Of a DNA stretch of 39,587 bases, positions 1 to 14,053 are shown piece by piece. Every line of letters begins with the position of its first letter. Positions within the stretch are counted from its first letter, which is position 1. The notes beneath the pieces are model-generated. The model was not told where the DNA came from. It made no database searches and saw nothing but the letters and a program-made list of their open reading frames with translations. Origin of the DNA: a bacterium (lineage in GTDB: Bacteria > UBA10199 > 2-02-FULL-44-16 > DYJF01). Location: contig JBGSNL010000084.1 of NCBI GenBank assembly GCA_041739675.1, positions 1 through 39,587 of the forward strand, read 5' to 3'. The position numbers were made by a program, and so were the translations under genes.

Positions 1-180
1 GCCGCAAAAAAGACTGAAGCGCCGAAACCGGTCTCTCCTGCTCTGCCTGCAGCTCCTAAAGAACCTGAATCCCCGCCGGCCGGGCCAAGAACTGTGATGC
101 CGCCACCGGCACCATCGCCGACGCCGCCTCCTGCGGCTCCGGCACCGGTTGCGCCGGTGGAGCCGGCAGTTAATATGTAA
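1..180 (+). CDS. 3' end of an unknown gene with a Pro/Ala-rich tail (truncated at window start)
   Basis: Frame 1 is open from base 1 (AAKKTEAPKPVSPALPAAPKEPESPPAG...VEPAVNM) to TAA at 178-180. Confidence 0.7.
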   Translation, partial: AAKKTEAPKPVSPALPAAPKEPESPPAGPRTVMPPPAPSPTPPPAAPAPVAPVEPAVNM

Positions 181-190
181 CTAGTTGATT
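178..190 (-). promoter_or_regulatory. Candidate IHF binding site
   Basis: Minus strand reads AATCAACTAGTTA, an exact match to WATCAANNNNTTR, in AT-rich DNA upstream of the transglycosylase. Confidence 0.35.
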
Positions 191-256
191 TAATAAGAGA
201 ATATTCTAAGCAACATTGCCCCTGTCTCCAACCGATAATAATAATGAGAGTCGTGT

Positions 257-934
257 ATGACTACTAGCCACATTTCAGGAAAACGGTTATCTCGTGAGTT
301 CAATAAGTACCTGGAGTACAAGAAGAACTCCGAGCGCACGGGTGCGTCCTTCACCGAGCAGATGGGGCGTGTTGCCGAGGACACGGAACTCAAGCCTCTA
401 CAGCATTCTCACCATGTTTCGCGGGGTGCGAGAAGATTCGCGCCGCCGCAGTTTTCAAAACCGAAGACCATAACAACAGAACAGGCCCATCGCCTCGCAA
501 GATATGCACCGATAATACAGGACGCTGCGGCCAAGCATAATGTGCCCGTCGAGCTCATCTGCGGTGTCATTTTACAGGAGTCCGGCGGAAACGCCCGTGC
601 CACCTCGCCTGCTGGTGCGAAAGGTCTGATGCAGCTCATGCCGGCAACAGCACGTCGTTTCGGCGTGAAGAACATCTACGATCCTGCGCAGAACATCGAC
701 GGTGGAACCGCCTACTTGCGCTTTCTGATGGACAGATTCAAAGGCAAGATCGAGCTTGTCCTGGCCGGATACAATGCAGGCGAGGGAAATGTCGAAAAAT
801 ATGGAAATAAGATTCCCCCCTTTGCAGAAACCAAGGCCTACGTCCCCAATGTTTTGGGTTATACGCAATCAATGATCAATATCCTTCTCGCGGCAAAGTC
901 TGAAGAGCTGCCAGCCAACGCCAGACGCGTCTAA
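257..934 (+). CDS. Lytic transglycosylase, SLT domain (GH23)
   Basis: SLT motifs ILQES (catalytic Glu), AKGLMQLMP, NIDGGTAYL, LAGYNAG and ETKAYV; no N-terminal hydrophobic signal. Confidence 0.93.
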   Translation: MTTSHISGKRLSREFNKYLEYKKNSERTGASFTEQMGRVAEDTELKPLQHSHHVSRGARRFAPPQFSKPKTITTEQAHRLARYAPIIQDAAAKHNVPVELICGVILQESGGNARATSPAGAKGLMQLMPATARRFGVKNIYDPAQNIDGGTAYLRFLMDRFKGKIELVLAGYNAGEGNVEKYGNKIPPFAETKAYVPNVLGYTQSMINILLAAKSEELPANARRV

Positions 935-1024
935 AGCATCCTCAAGAACTACATTAACAATTTAGCTTAATACGCTATTAATACGGCTCTAAATATCGAG
1001 CCATTCGTGGCGCCATTTTGTCCA

Positions 1025-1060
1025 TTGACGTTGACATTAACGTTAAGGTAAGCATATAAT
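1025..1060 (+). promoter_or_regulatory. sigma70 promoter with an overlapping MerR-type dyad operator
   Basis: TTGACA (1031-1036), 18-bp spacer, TATAAT (1055-1060); dyad ACATTAAC|GTTAAGGT (1034-1049, 7/8 pairs); tandem hexamers TTGACG TTGACA TTAACG TTAAGG. Confidence 0.75.
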
Positions 1061-1081
1061 AATTTAAGAGGTGAAAGTGCC

Positions 1082-1540
1082 ATGACAGAGCGTAACTATT
1101 ATATAGGCGAGGTTGCAAAGACTCTTCAAATATCACAGAGAACTATCAGATATTATGAAGAGCGGGGTTTTATAACGCCCGGCAGGACCGGCGGTAAGTT
1201 CAGGCTGTATGCCGAGTCGGAGGTCAACCGCCTCAAATCCATCTTGTACCTCAAAGAGCTCGGAATGACCCTGGAAGAGATCGGGGCCCTTTTGAAGCTT
1301 GGGCATGAAGGTTCCGTCCACGAAATATCGCCGCAGTTGTGCGATACACTGATCGCCAGGAAAAAGGAGTTCGAGACGAAGCTTGAAAAATATCGCGAAG
1401 GGATTAATGAGGTAGAGGGAGTCTTGAAGCTGATCGAGCGCTGTCTCGGATGCCACAAAAGGACCGATCAGGAAGTCTGCCATCACTGCATCGACGAACA
1501 CAGCAAAGAGCTTCCTCCCCTTGTGAGGATTTTGTTATAG
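1082..1540 (+). CDS. MerR-family transcriptional regulator with C-terminal CxxC-x8-CxxC
   Basis: HTH YIGEVAKTLQISQRTIRYYEERGFI...GKFRLY; LGMTLEEI; long dimerisation helix; CLGCHKRTDQEVCHHC. Confidence 0.92.
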   Translation: MTERNYYIGEVAKTLQISQRTIRYYEERGFITPGRTGGKFRLYAESEVNRLKSILYLKELGMTLEEIGALLKLGHEGSVHEISPQLCDTLIARKKEFETKLEKYREGINEVEGVLKLIERCLGCHKRTDQEVCHHCIDEHSKELPPLVRILL

Positions 1541-1548
1541 GAGTTTTT

Positions 1549-2451
1549 ATGTGGAACTATTCGGAAAAGGTCATAGATTATTTTCTCCATCCGCGGAACG
1601 TAGGCGAGATCGATAATCCCGACGGCGAGGGGGAAGTCGGTTCCCTGGCATGCGGCGACATGCTCCGCCTCACTTTTAAGCTGGATGATAACGGCCGCAT
1701 AGCCGACGCAAAGTTCAAGACCTTCGGTTGCGCATCCGCGATCGCTTCAAGCTCCGCCCTGACCGAAATGATAAAGGGAATGACACTCGAAGAGGCTGAA
1801 AAAATCACGAATCGCGATATCGCCAATTTCCTTGGCGGCCTTCCCGAGGAAAAGATGCATTGCTCAGTGATGGGACGCGAGGCCCTCGAAGCCGCGATCA
1901 AAAACTATCGCGGTCTGGCATCTCCTAAACGGGAGCTTGAGGGAAACGTAGTCTGCAAATGTTTCGGCGTGACTGAAACCGACATCAGACGCGTTGTGGA
2001 GGAGAACGGTCTCACAACCATTGAGCAGGTGACAGACTACACGAAGGCCGGCGGCGGCTGCGGCCAATGTCACGAGGAGATTCAGAAAATATTGGACGAA
2101 ATCGCGGCAAACCGCGCGGCGGAAGCAGCCGGCGCCGAAATGCCGTGGCCTCCCGCTTCGCGCGAGCCTTCGCTTAAGCCGCCTCCTCTGACATCCGAGG
2201 TTCCTCACTTAAGCAATCTCGAAATAGTCCATAAGGTCGAAGAGCTCATAAACACGCGGATCCGGCCCGCCCTGCAGCATGACGGCGGCGACCTTGAGCT
2301 CGTCGATATCGACCACAACACGGTCTACGTCTCGCTCAAGGGCGCTTGCGCCACCTGCCCCTCCTCTACTGTTACCATGCGGCAGTTCATAGAGAAGGAA
2401 CTCAGAAAAGAGATCTCGCCCTCAATGCATCTTGAGGAGGTAAGAAGGTGA
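1549..2451 (+). CDS. nifU: Fe-S cluster scaffold NifU (IscU + BFD-like [2Fe-2S] + Nfu domains)
   Basis: Start MWNYSEKV after TAGGAG; ACGDML, FKTFGCASAIASSS, KMHCSV; CKC...GCGQC; DGGDLE...GACATCPSS. Confidence 0.95.
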   Translation: MWNYSEKVIDYFLHPRNVGEIDNPDGEGEVGSLACGDMLRLTFKLDDNGRIADAKFKTFGCASAIASSSALTEMIKGMTLEEAEKITNRDIANFLGGLPEEKMHCSVMGREALEAAIKNYRGLASPKRELEGNVVCKCFGVTETDIRRVVEENGLTTIEQVTDYTKAGGGCGQCHEEIQKILDEIAANRAAEAAGAEMPWPPASREPSLKPPPLTSEVPHLSNLEIVHKVEELINTRIRPALQHDGGDLELVDIDHNTVYVSLKGACATCPSSTVTMRQFIEKELRKEISPSMHLEEVRR

Positions 2452-3602
2452 AAACAATCTATGTCGATAATAACGCGACCACCCAGGTTGCTCCTGAAGT
2501 GATCGATGCGATGCTCCCCTTTTTAAGGGAGATGTGGGGAAACCCGTCAAGCATGCACACGTTCGGCGGACAAGTCGCAAAACATATCGATAAGGCCCGA
2601 GAACGGGTTGCAGCTCTTATAGGTGCGGAACGCGCCAGCGAGATAGTCTTCACAAGCTGCGGATCTGAAAGCGACAACACGGCGATACGCTCCGCTCTGC
2701 TTTCCGACACCAAAAAACGACACATCATTACGACAAAGGTCGAACACCCCGCCGTCTTGAATCTCTGCAAAGAGCTTGAAAAAGAGGGATATGAGGTCAC
2801 TTATTTGTCCGTGGACGGCGAAGGACGCCTAGATATTGATGAGTTTAAAAACAGTTTCCGCGAAGGCACAGCGATCGTATCCATCATGTGGGCGAACAAC
2901 GAGACCGGCGTCGTATTCCCGATCGAAGAGATTGCAGCCGAATGCGCCAGGCGAAACGTACCCCTTCATGTTGACGCGGTTCAGGCGGTCGGCAAAATAC
3001 CGATCGATCTAAAAAACACACCCATCACATACCTTGCTCTCTCGGGCCATAAGCTGCACGCCCCAAAGGGCGTGGGCGCCCTTTATGTGAGGCGCGGAAC
3101 CAAATTTCATCCGTGGCTGGTGGGCGGACATCAGGAGCACGGGCGGCGCGGCGGCACGGAGAACGTGGCATCAATCGTCGGGCTTGGCGTAGCCTGCGAG
3201 CTCGCACTGAAAAATATGGACGACGAAAAAACGCGCGTGGCTTCACTCCGCGACAGGCTGGAAAAAGGAATTTTGGAAACGGTTCCCAGGGGGTTCGTTA
3301 ACGGGAACCGGAAAATGCGTCTGCCGAACACGACGAACATCAGCTTTGAATCGATCGAGGGCGAGGCGATACTTCTTTTGATGAACGAGTTCGGTATCTG
3401 CGCCTCTTCCGGCTCCGCCTGCACCTCCGGATCCCTGCTCCCCTCCCACGTTCTTGTAGCTATGGGGATACCGTTCACGCGGGCCCACGGATCGATCCGC
3501 TTCAGCTTGAGCAGATATAACACGGAGGAGGAAATAGCCTTTATCATCGAAAAAATGCCAGCTATTGTGGAAAGGCTGAGGCAGCTCTCCCCCATTTCTT
3601 AA
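2448..3602 (+). CDS. nifS: Cysteine desulfurase NifS
   Basis: YVDNNATT, GNPSS, HVDAVQ, SGHKLH (PLP Lys), SSGSACTSG (catalytic Cys); GTGA overlap with nifU. Confidence 0.95.
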   Translation: MKTIYVDNNATTQVAPEVIDAMLPFLREMWGNPSSMHTFGGQVAKHIDKARERVAALIGAERASEIVFTSCGSESDNTAIRSALLSDTKKRHIITTKVEHPAVLNLCKELEKEGYEVTYLSVDGEGRLDIDEFKNSFREGTAIVSIMWANNETGVVFPIEEIAAECARRNVPLHVDAVQAVGKIPIDLKNTPITYLALSGHKLHAPKGVGALYVRRGTKFHPWLVGGHQEHGRRGGTENVASIVGLGVACELALKNMDDEKTRVASLRDRLEKGILETVPRGFVNGNRKMRLPNTTNISFESIEGEAILLLMNEFGICASSGSACTSGSLLPSHVLVAMGIPFTRAHGSIRFSLSRYNTEEEIAFIIEKMPAIVERLRQLSPIS

Positions 3603-3616
3603 GTCTATGTTAATCC

Positions 3617-3643
3617 TTGACATTGAGCGCCGGCTCTTATAAT
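3617..3643 (+). promoter_or_regulatory. Candidate sigma70 promoter of rplM-rpsI
   Basis: TTGACA (3617-3622) and TATAAT (3638-3643) are both consensus, but the spacer is only 15 bp. Confidence 0.5.
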
Positions 3644-3672
3644 GAGAGGCGGCTTTAAAAGGGAATAAAACC

Positions 3673-4104
3673 ATGCAAAAGAGCTATTTAGCAAAACCAG
3701 CAGTGACCCAGAGAAACTGGGTGGTAGTGAACCTTGAAAACAAGGTTCTGGGGCGCGCAGCCTCAAAGATCGCCGATATGCTTCGCGGCAAGGACAGGGC
3801 CACTTTCACGCCCTTTGCCGATGCGGGCAATTTCGTGATCGCCATCAACGCATCAAAAATACGTTTGACCGGTAGGAAGCTTGATGAAAAACTCTACCAT
3901 CACCATTCGGGTTACCCGGGCGGCTTGAAGACAAAGACCGCAAGAGAGGTCCTCGAAAAGCATCCCGATCGCCTGCTTCGCGATGCGGTCTGGGGAATGC
4001 TTCCGAAAAACATGCTCTCTAAACATCTGCTCAGGAAGCTAAAAATTTATCCGGGTTCCGAGCATCCCCATAAATCACAAAATCCCGTCGAGAAAAATAT
4101 TTAG
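3673..4104 (+). CDS. rplM: 50S ribosomal protein L13
   Basis: WVVVNLENKVLGRAAS, LRGK, HHSGYPGGL, GMLPKN, HPH. Confidence 0.97.
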   Translation: MQKSYLAKPAVTQRNWVVVNLENKVLGRAASKIADMLRGKDRATFTPFADAGNFVIAINASKIRLTGRKLDEKLYHHHSGYPGGLKTKTAREVLEKHPDRLLRDAVWGMLPKNMLSKHLLRKLKIYPGSEHPHKSQNPVEKNI

Positions 4105-4113
4105 GAGTGATTG

Positions 4114-6392
<2,279 letters not shown>

Positions 6393-6414
6393 AAAATCTT
6401 TCGCCGTGTCAAGA

Positions 6415-6443
6415 TTGACTTTAAAAAAAACGAGCCGTATCAT
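6415..6443 (+). promoter_or_regulatory. sigma70 promoter of the rpoN operon
   Basis: TTGACT-17 bp-TATCAT, ending 11 nt before the ATG. Confidence 0.75.
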
Positions 6444-6454
6444 TAGAGCCAGAT

Positions 6455-7933
6455 ATGGCGATTGAAATCAAACAGAGAGCCCGTTTAGAGCAGAGCCTGG
6501 TTGTAACCCCCCAGCTACAGCAAGCCATTAAACTTCTCCAGCTATCCCGTCTGGAACTGAACACCTTGATCCAAAAAGAACTCCTCGAAAACCCCGTTCT
6601 GGAGGATATAGAGGAGGTCGAAGAAGAACAGAAAGAGGAAGAGGAAAAACAGACAGAGGCTGAAAAGCACGAATTGGCAAAAGAGGAGGACCGCGGCCAC
6701 GAGCACACCGTGGACGAAATCGGCGGTCCGGACGGCGCCATGAAGGAACCCACCAATTTTGATTGGGAAAGCTATATAGGCGCATACAATGCCCCCGAAT
6801 ATGACGGGGATCGCGAAACAGTTGAAGAAAGCCAGACTTTTGAGAACGTGCTGCGCCAGGGAGAATCCCTTCAGGACCATCTCATGTGGCAGCTTCATCT
6901 CATCGGCGGAACTTCCGAAGAATTGAATATAGGCACCGAGATCATAGGCAACATCAATGATGACGGCTATCTCACGGCGAGTCTGGAGGAGATCGCCGGG
7001 AAGTGTTCCGCTGATCCTGCAAAAGTCGAAGAGATGCTCAAGAAAATCCAGGATTTCGACCCGACCGGCGTGGGGGCGCGTGATCTCAAAGAATGCCTGA
7101 TCCTTCAGGCAAAACAGCTCGGCACAGATATCGGCCCTCTTACGACACTTATAAATGATCACCTTGAAGATCTTGAGGCCCATCGCTTTGAGGCAATCGC
7201 AAAAAAGATGGATATTACTCTCGAACACGTGAACGAGCTTGCAAAGACGATTGCCGAGATGGATCCCAAACCGGGCAGACCTTTTTCTACTGAATCTCCT
7301 CAGTACATCACGCCGGACGTCTACGTACAAAAAGTGGGTGAGGAATATGAAGTCGTCCTCAATGAAGACGGCCTGCCGAGACTTAAGATCAGCAACTTCT
7401 ACCGCAGATCGCTTATGAAGGGCTCCGATGCCACAGGCCAGACCAAAGCCTATATACAAGACAGGCTGCGCGCGGCGGTGTGGCTCATCAGATCTATTCA
7501 TCAGCGCCAGAGGACGCTCTACAGGGTCGCCTCAAGCATCGTGAAATTTCAAAGAGACTTTTTCGACAAAGGCATTTCGTCACTCAAGCCTCTCGTTTTG
7601 AAGGACGTTGCCGAAGACATCGGAATGCACGAATCTACCGTAAGCCGCGTTACCACGAACAAATTCATGCACTCTCCCAGGGGAATTTTCGAGCTCAAGT
7701 TCTTCTTCAATACCGGCATACATCAGCTTGAGGGGGGAGGAATTGCGTCGGAGGCCGTAAAGTCCAAAATCCAGAAACTCATTGAGGAAGAGGACGCGAG
7801 CGAGCCCCTCTCCGATCAGAAAATCGCTGAGATTTTAAAAGGTCATAATGTCGACATCGCCAGACGCACCGTCGCCAAATATCGCGAGATGCTGAAGATC
7901 CCGCCTTCATCCAAGCGCCGGCGTATCTCATAA
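6455..7933 (+). CDS. rpoN: RNA polymerase sigma-54 factor
   Basis: TPQLQQAIKLLQL, HESTVSR, RpoN box ARRTVAKYRE. Confidence 0.98.
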   Translation: MAIEIKQRARLEQSLVVTPQLQQAIKLLQLSRLELNTLIQKELLENPVLEDIEEVEEEQKEEEEKQTEAEKHELAKEEDRGHEHTVDEIGGPDGAMKEPTNFDWESYIGAYNAPEYDGDRETVEESQTFENVLRQGESLQDHLMWQLHLIGGTSEELNIGTEIIGNINDDGYLTASLEEIAGKCSADPAKVEEMLKKIQDFDPTGVGARDLKECLILQAKQLGTDIGPLTTLINDHLEDLEAHRFEAIAKKMDITLEHVNELAKTIAEMDPKPGRPFSTESPQYITPDVYVQKVGEEYEVVLNEDGLPRLKISNFYRRSLMKGSDATGQTKAYIQDRLRAAVWLIRSIHQRQRTLYRVASSIVKFQRDFFDKGISSLKPLVLKDVAEDIGMHESTVSRVTTNKFMHSPRGIFELKFFFNTGIHQLEGGGIASEAVKSKIQKLIEEEDASEPLSDQKIAEILKGHNVDIARRTVAKYREMLKIPPSSKRRRIS

Positions 7934-7946
7934 AACGGAGGACATA

Positions 7947-8243
7947 ATGGAAGCCACTTTTACGTTCAGGCAGACTGAAGCAACCGAAGCACTAAGAAGC
8001 CACGCCATGGACAAGCTGTCAAAGCTCGACAAGTACCTCCCAAAACCGGTCAACGCTCACGTCATCTTCAAGGTAGAGGGTTTCAGGCATCAGGTCGAGA
8101 TCGCTTTTCAGTTCAACGGCATCCGCTATATAGGAAAAGGTGAAAGCAACGACATGTACACATCGGTTGACGACGCCGTGACAAGGATCGAACACCAGCT
8201 GAGAAAAAACAAGGAACGCGCCAAAGAGCATAAAGGCGAATAG
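7947..8243 (+). CDS. hpf: Ribosome hibernation promoting factor (short form)
   Basis: TEALRSHAMDKLSKL...DMYTSVDDAVTRIEHQLRKNKE; canonical position after rpoN. Confidence 0.9.
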   Translation: MEATFTFRQTEATEALRSHAMDKLSKLDKYLPKPVNAHVIFKVEGFRHQVEIAFQFNGIRYIGKGESNDMYTSVDDAVTRIEHQLRKNKERAKEHKGE

Positions 8244-8255
8244 TGCCGATTCTTG

Positions 8256-8307
8256 TTGCTTTTTTATCCACCGTGGATTAAGTTCAATCCCACCTAACTT
8301 ATTGATT
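8256..8307 (+). promoter_or_regulatory. Candidate internal promoter with dyad and IHF site upstream of ptsN
   Basis: TTGCTT-17 bp-TAAGTT; dyad ATCCAC-C-GTGGAT (8266-8278); minus-strand AATCAATAAGTTA (8295-8307) matches the IHF consensus. Confidence 0.4.
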
Positions 8308-8321
8308 TTAAATCTTAATTT

Positions 8322-8783
8322 ATGCGTTTATCTGATCTGGTCCGGCCCGACATGGTCTGGGCCAATTTAGAATCCGGTGATAAGCAGGCGGTGATCTCAG
8401 AGCTTGCAGGCAGGATCTCCGCTATGCTTCCTCCCCTGAAGGCGAACGAGATCGCATCCGTTCTCCTTAGCAGGGAAAGCCTTGGCAGCACCGGCATACA
8501 GGACGGAATTGCCATCCCCCACGCCAAGGTCAAAGGTATCGAAAAAGTGATTGTTGCGTGCGGCCGTTCCCGGAGGGGAATAAATTTTGACGCTCCGGAT
8601 CAGAAACCGACCCACCTATTCTTTGTGCTTCTTGCGCCGGAACAGTCGGCCGCCATGCATTTGAAAATCCTGGCGAGATTGTCGCGGCTCTTAAAGGACG
8701 AATCGTTTCGCGAAAAACTAATGCTCGCGAAAGAATCGAAGGATATTTACCGGATGATAATTGAAGAGGACGCGAGGATATAA
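8322..8783 (+). CDS. ptsN: PTS EIIA (Ntr/Fru type)
   Basis: RESLGSTGIQDGIAIPHAK (phospho-His), HLKILARLSRLL. Confidence 0.92.
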   Translation: MRLSDLVRPDMVWANLESGDKQAVISELAGRISAMLPPLKANEIASVLLSRESLGSTGIQDGIAIPHAKVKGIEKVIVACGRSRRGINFDAPDQKPTHLFFVLLAPEQSAAMHLKILARLSRLLKDESFREKLMLAKESKDIYRMIIEEDARI

Positions 8784-9751
8784 TGCTTTCAATCCCGGTT
8801 ATAAATCTCGTCAAGGACACCAAACACCATTTGCAGCTTGAGATCATCGCGGGCAAAAAGGGGCTGGGAAAGAGAATCACGATTCCGCGCATTCAAAAAC
8901 CAGGCCTCGCTCTTACCGGCGACACGTCAAATCTGCATCCGGGAAGAATTCAGGTTCTTGGCAAATCCGAGATGCGTTATTTGAATTCCCTTCCCGACAA
9001 GAAACTCAAGCAGGTCCTGGAAAAAATGAGCGAGGTCGACATAACCTGCTTTGTGGTCACGAGAAATGCCACGCCCCCTTCCCTTCTCGTTTCTCTTTGC
9101 AAGAAAAAGATGACCCCTCTTTTCCGCACGAAGCTTCTGACATCCACGTTTGTGAATCGTGCATCGCAATTTTTAGATGAGAGCCTCGCCGCTTCGACAT
9201 GCATTCACGGCGTTCTTCTTGATGTCTTCGGGGTTGGCATTCTATTGGTCGGCAAGAGCGGCATAGGAAAGAGCGAATGCGCGCTGGACCTGATTCTGCG
9301 GGGTCACCGTCTGGTTGCCGACGATATCGTGAATGTCAAAAAGCAGCCACCGTCCGCTCTATTCGGCACGGGTTCGGAGATTATAAAGTACCACATGGAA
9401 ATCAGGGGGCTCGGCATAATCAATATCCGGGATCTCTTTGGTATATCCGCGGTCCGCGATAGGAAACTGATAGAGATTGTAGTCGAGCTCACGGAGTGGG
9501 ATCCCAATGTCGAGTACGACAGGCTGGGCGTTGATGAGATGCGCTACAATCTCCTTGAAGTCAATCTGCCGCAGATACAGATACCTGTGCGTCCCGGCAG
9601 AAACTTGTCCGCCATAATTGAGGTCGCGGCGAGAAACCATCTTTTGAAACTTGGCGGCCACCATTCGGCACGCGAGTTCCAGGAAAAATTGGGCAAAGAA
9701 ATTCTTGCGGCCGAGGGTCTGAAGAAGACCATGCTCGGCCTTCTGGAGTAG
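8783..9751 (+). CDS. hprK: HPr(Ser) kinase/phosphorylase
   Basis: HGVLLDVFGVGILLVGKSGIGKSECALDLI, LVADD, MEIRGLGII, PVRPGRN. Confidence 0.97.
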   Translation: MLSIPVINLVKDTKHHLQLEIIAGKKGLGKRITIPRIQKPGLALTGDTSNLHPGRIQVLGKSEMRYLNSLPDKKLKQVLEKMSEVDITCFVVTRNATPPSLLVSLCKKKMTPLFRTKLLTSTFVNRASQFLDESLAASTCIHGVLLDVFGVGILLVGKSGIGKSECALDLILRGHRLVADDIVNVKKQPPSALFGTGSEIIKYHMEIRGLGIINIRDLFGISAVRDRKLIEIVVELTEWDPNVEYDRLGVDEMRYNLLEVNLPQIQIPVRPGRNLSAIIEVAARNHLLKLGGHHSAREFQEKLGKEILAAEGLKKTMLGLLE

Positions 9752-9755
9752 CATC

Positions 9756-10169
9756 ATGGTCGGTGTCGTCGTCGTCGCGCACATGGGAATAGGCAAAGAG
9801 ATGGTCTCGGCGGTCAAAAAAATTATCCCCGAGGCACAAAATTTTTCTTATCTCTGTGTCGAACAGGATGAGCCTCCGAACGAAATCCGCGACAAGATTA
9901 ACAGTGCAATCGAAAAAGTCGATTCCCCGGACGGCATTTTGATCCTCACCGATATGTTCGGCGGCACCCCTTCTAATGTCTGTCTGTCCTTTCTCTCAAG
10001 GCCGAAGACGGAGGTTATCTGCGGTTTCAATCTGCCGATGCTGATCAAACTTGCCGGCTTTCACCGTGAAGCCAATTTTGAGGAAATCGCAACTTTTATA
10101 CAACAATACGGCCAGCGAAACATAGTTATTGCCAGCCATGTTTTGAGCGGTCGAATACAGCATGAGTAA
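9756..10169 (+). CDS. PTS EIIA, mannose/fructose family (stand-alone)
   Basis: MVGVVVVAH, LTDMFGGTPSN, GFNLPML. Confidence 0.92.
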   Translation: MVGVVVVAHMGIGKEMVSAVKKIIPEAQNFSYLCVEQDEPPNEIRDKINSAIEKVDSPDGILILTDMFGGTPSNVCLSFLSRPKTEVICGFNLPMLIKLAGFHREANFEEIATFIQQYGQRNIVIASHVLSGRIQHE

Positions 10170-10430
10170 AGAAATGAGGCGATTCGTAATAAAGAACGAG
10201 CTTGGCCTTCACGCGCGGGCCGCCTCAGCGTTCGTCAAAATTGCAAACAGATACCGTGCCGATATTTTTGTCTCCAAGGAATCCGTGAAGGTCAACGGCA
10301 AGAGCATCATGGGAGTCTTGATGCTTGCAGCCGCTAAGGGAATGACAATAGACATCGAGGCAGACGGAGATGATGCAACGGAGGCTCTAGATGCCCTCGG
10401 CAAACTCATAGAAGAGAAATTCGGGGAAGA

Positions 10431-10434
<4 letters not shown>
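10162..10434 (+). CDS. ptsH: Phosphocarrier protein HPr
   Basis: GLHARA (His15) and NGKSIMG (Ser46). Confidence 0.95.
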
Positions 10435-13868
<3,434 letters not shown>

Positions 13869-14010
13869 GGACATCTCCCCCCGAATTCAAATTGTCGGCC
13901 CTCAATTTCTCCCTGCGCATTGTAAGCTGGCATCATGCAATAAAATTCTAATGAATTGAAATCCATTACCTTTTACCTTGCGCCTTGTGCCCTGCGCCTG
14001 CCTTTTAATT

Positions 14011-14026
14011 TGGCAAGAGTATTGCA
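14011..14026 (+). promoter_or_regulatory. sigma54 (-24/-12) promoter P1
   Basis: TGGCAA-GAGTA-TTGCA against consensus TGGCAC-N5-TTGCW; intergenic and correctly oriented, 27 nt before the ATG. Confidence 0.82.
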
Positions 14027-14053
14027 AATACACACGGTGGGATTCCTCCAAGT

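Noticed and set aside
206..238. sigma28 promoter for the transglycosylase
   Set aside because: ACCGATAA fits the -10 box but there is no convincing TAAA -35 box at the right spacing; not called as a feature
1450..1548. 33-aa N-terminal extension of NifU in the ORF track
   Set aside because: It overlaps merR; the typical MWxYS start with an RBS is at 1549
2130..2210. Possible repeat insertion in the NifU Pro-rich linker (contains CTTCGC twice)
   Set aside because: No extended hairpin or real match to the dispersed repeat; an ordinary variable linker explains it
1549..3602. Nitrogen fixation inferred from nifU/nifS
   Set aside because: No nifH/D/K in the window; NifU/NifS also act as a housekeeping Fe-S system in many anaerobes
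6542..7501. 319-aa minus-strand ORF
   Set aside because: Antisense shadow of rpoN
13976..14000. Degenerate heptamer tandem CCTTGCG CCTTGTG CCCTGCG CCTG upstream of P1
   Set aside because: Only about 3.5 imperfect copies; too short to support a function
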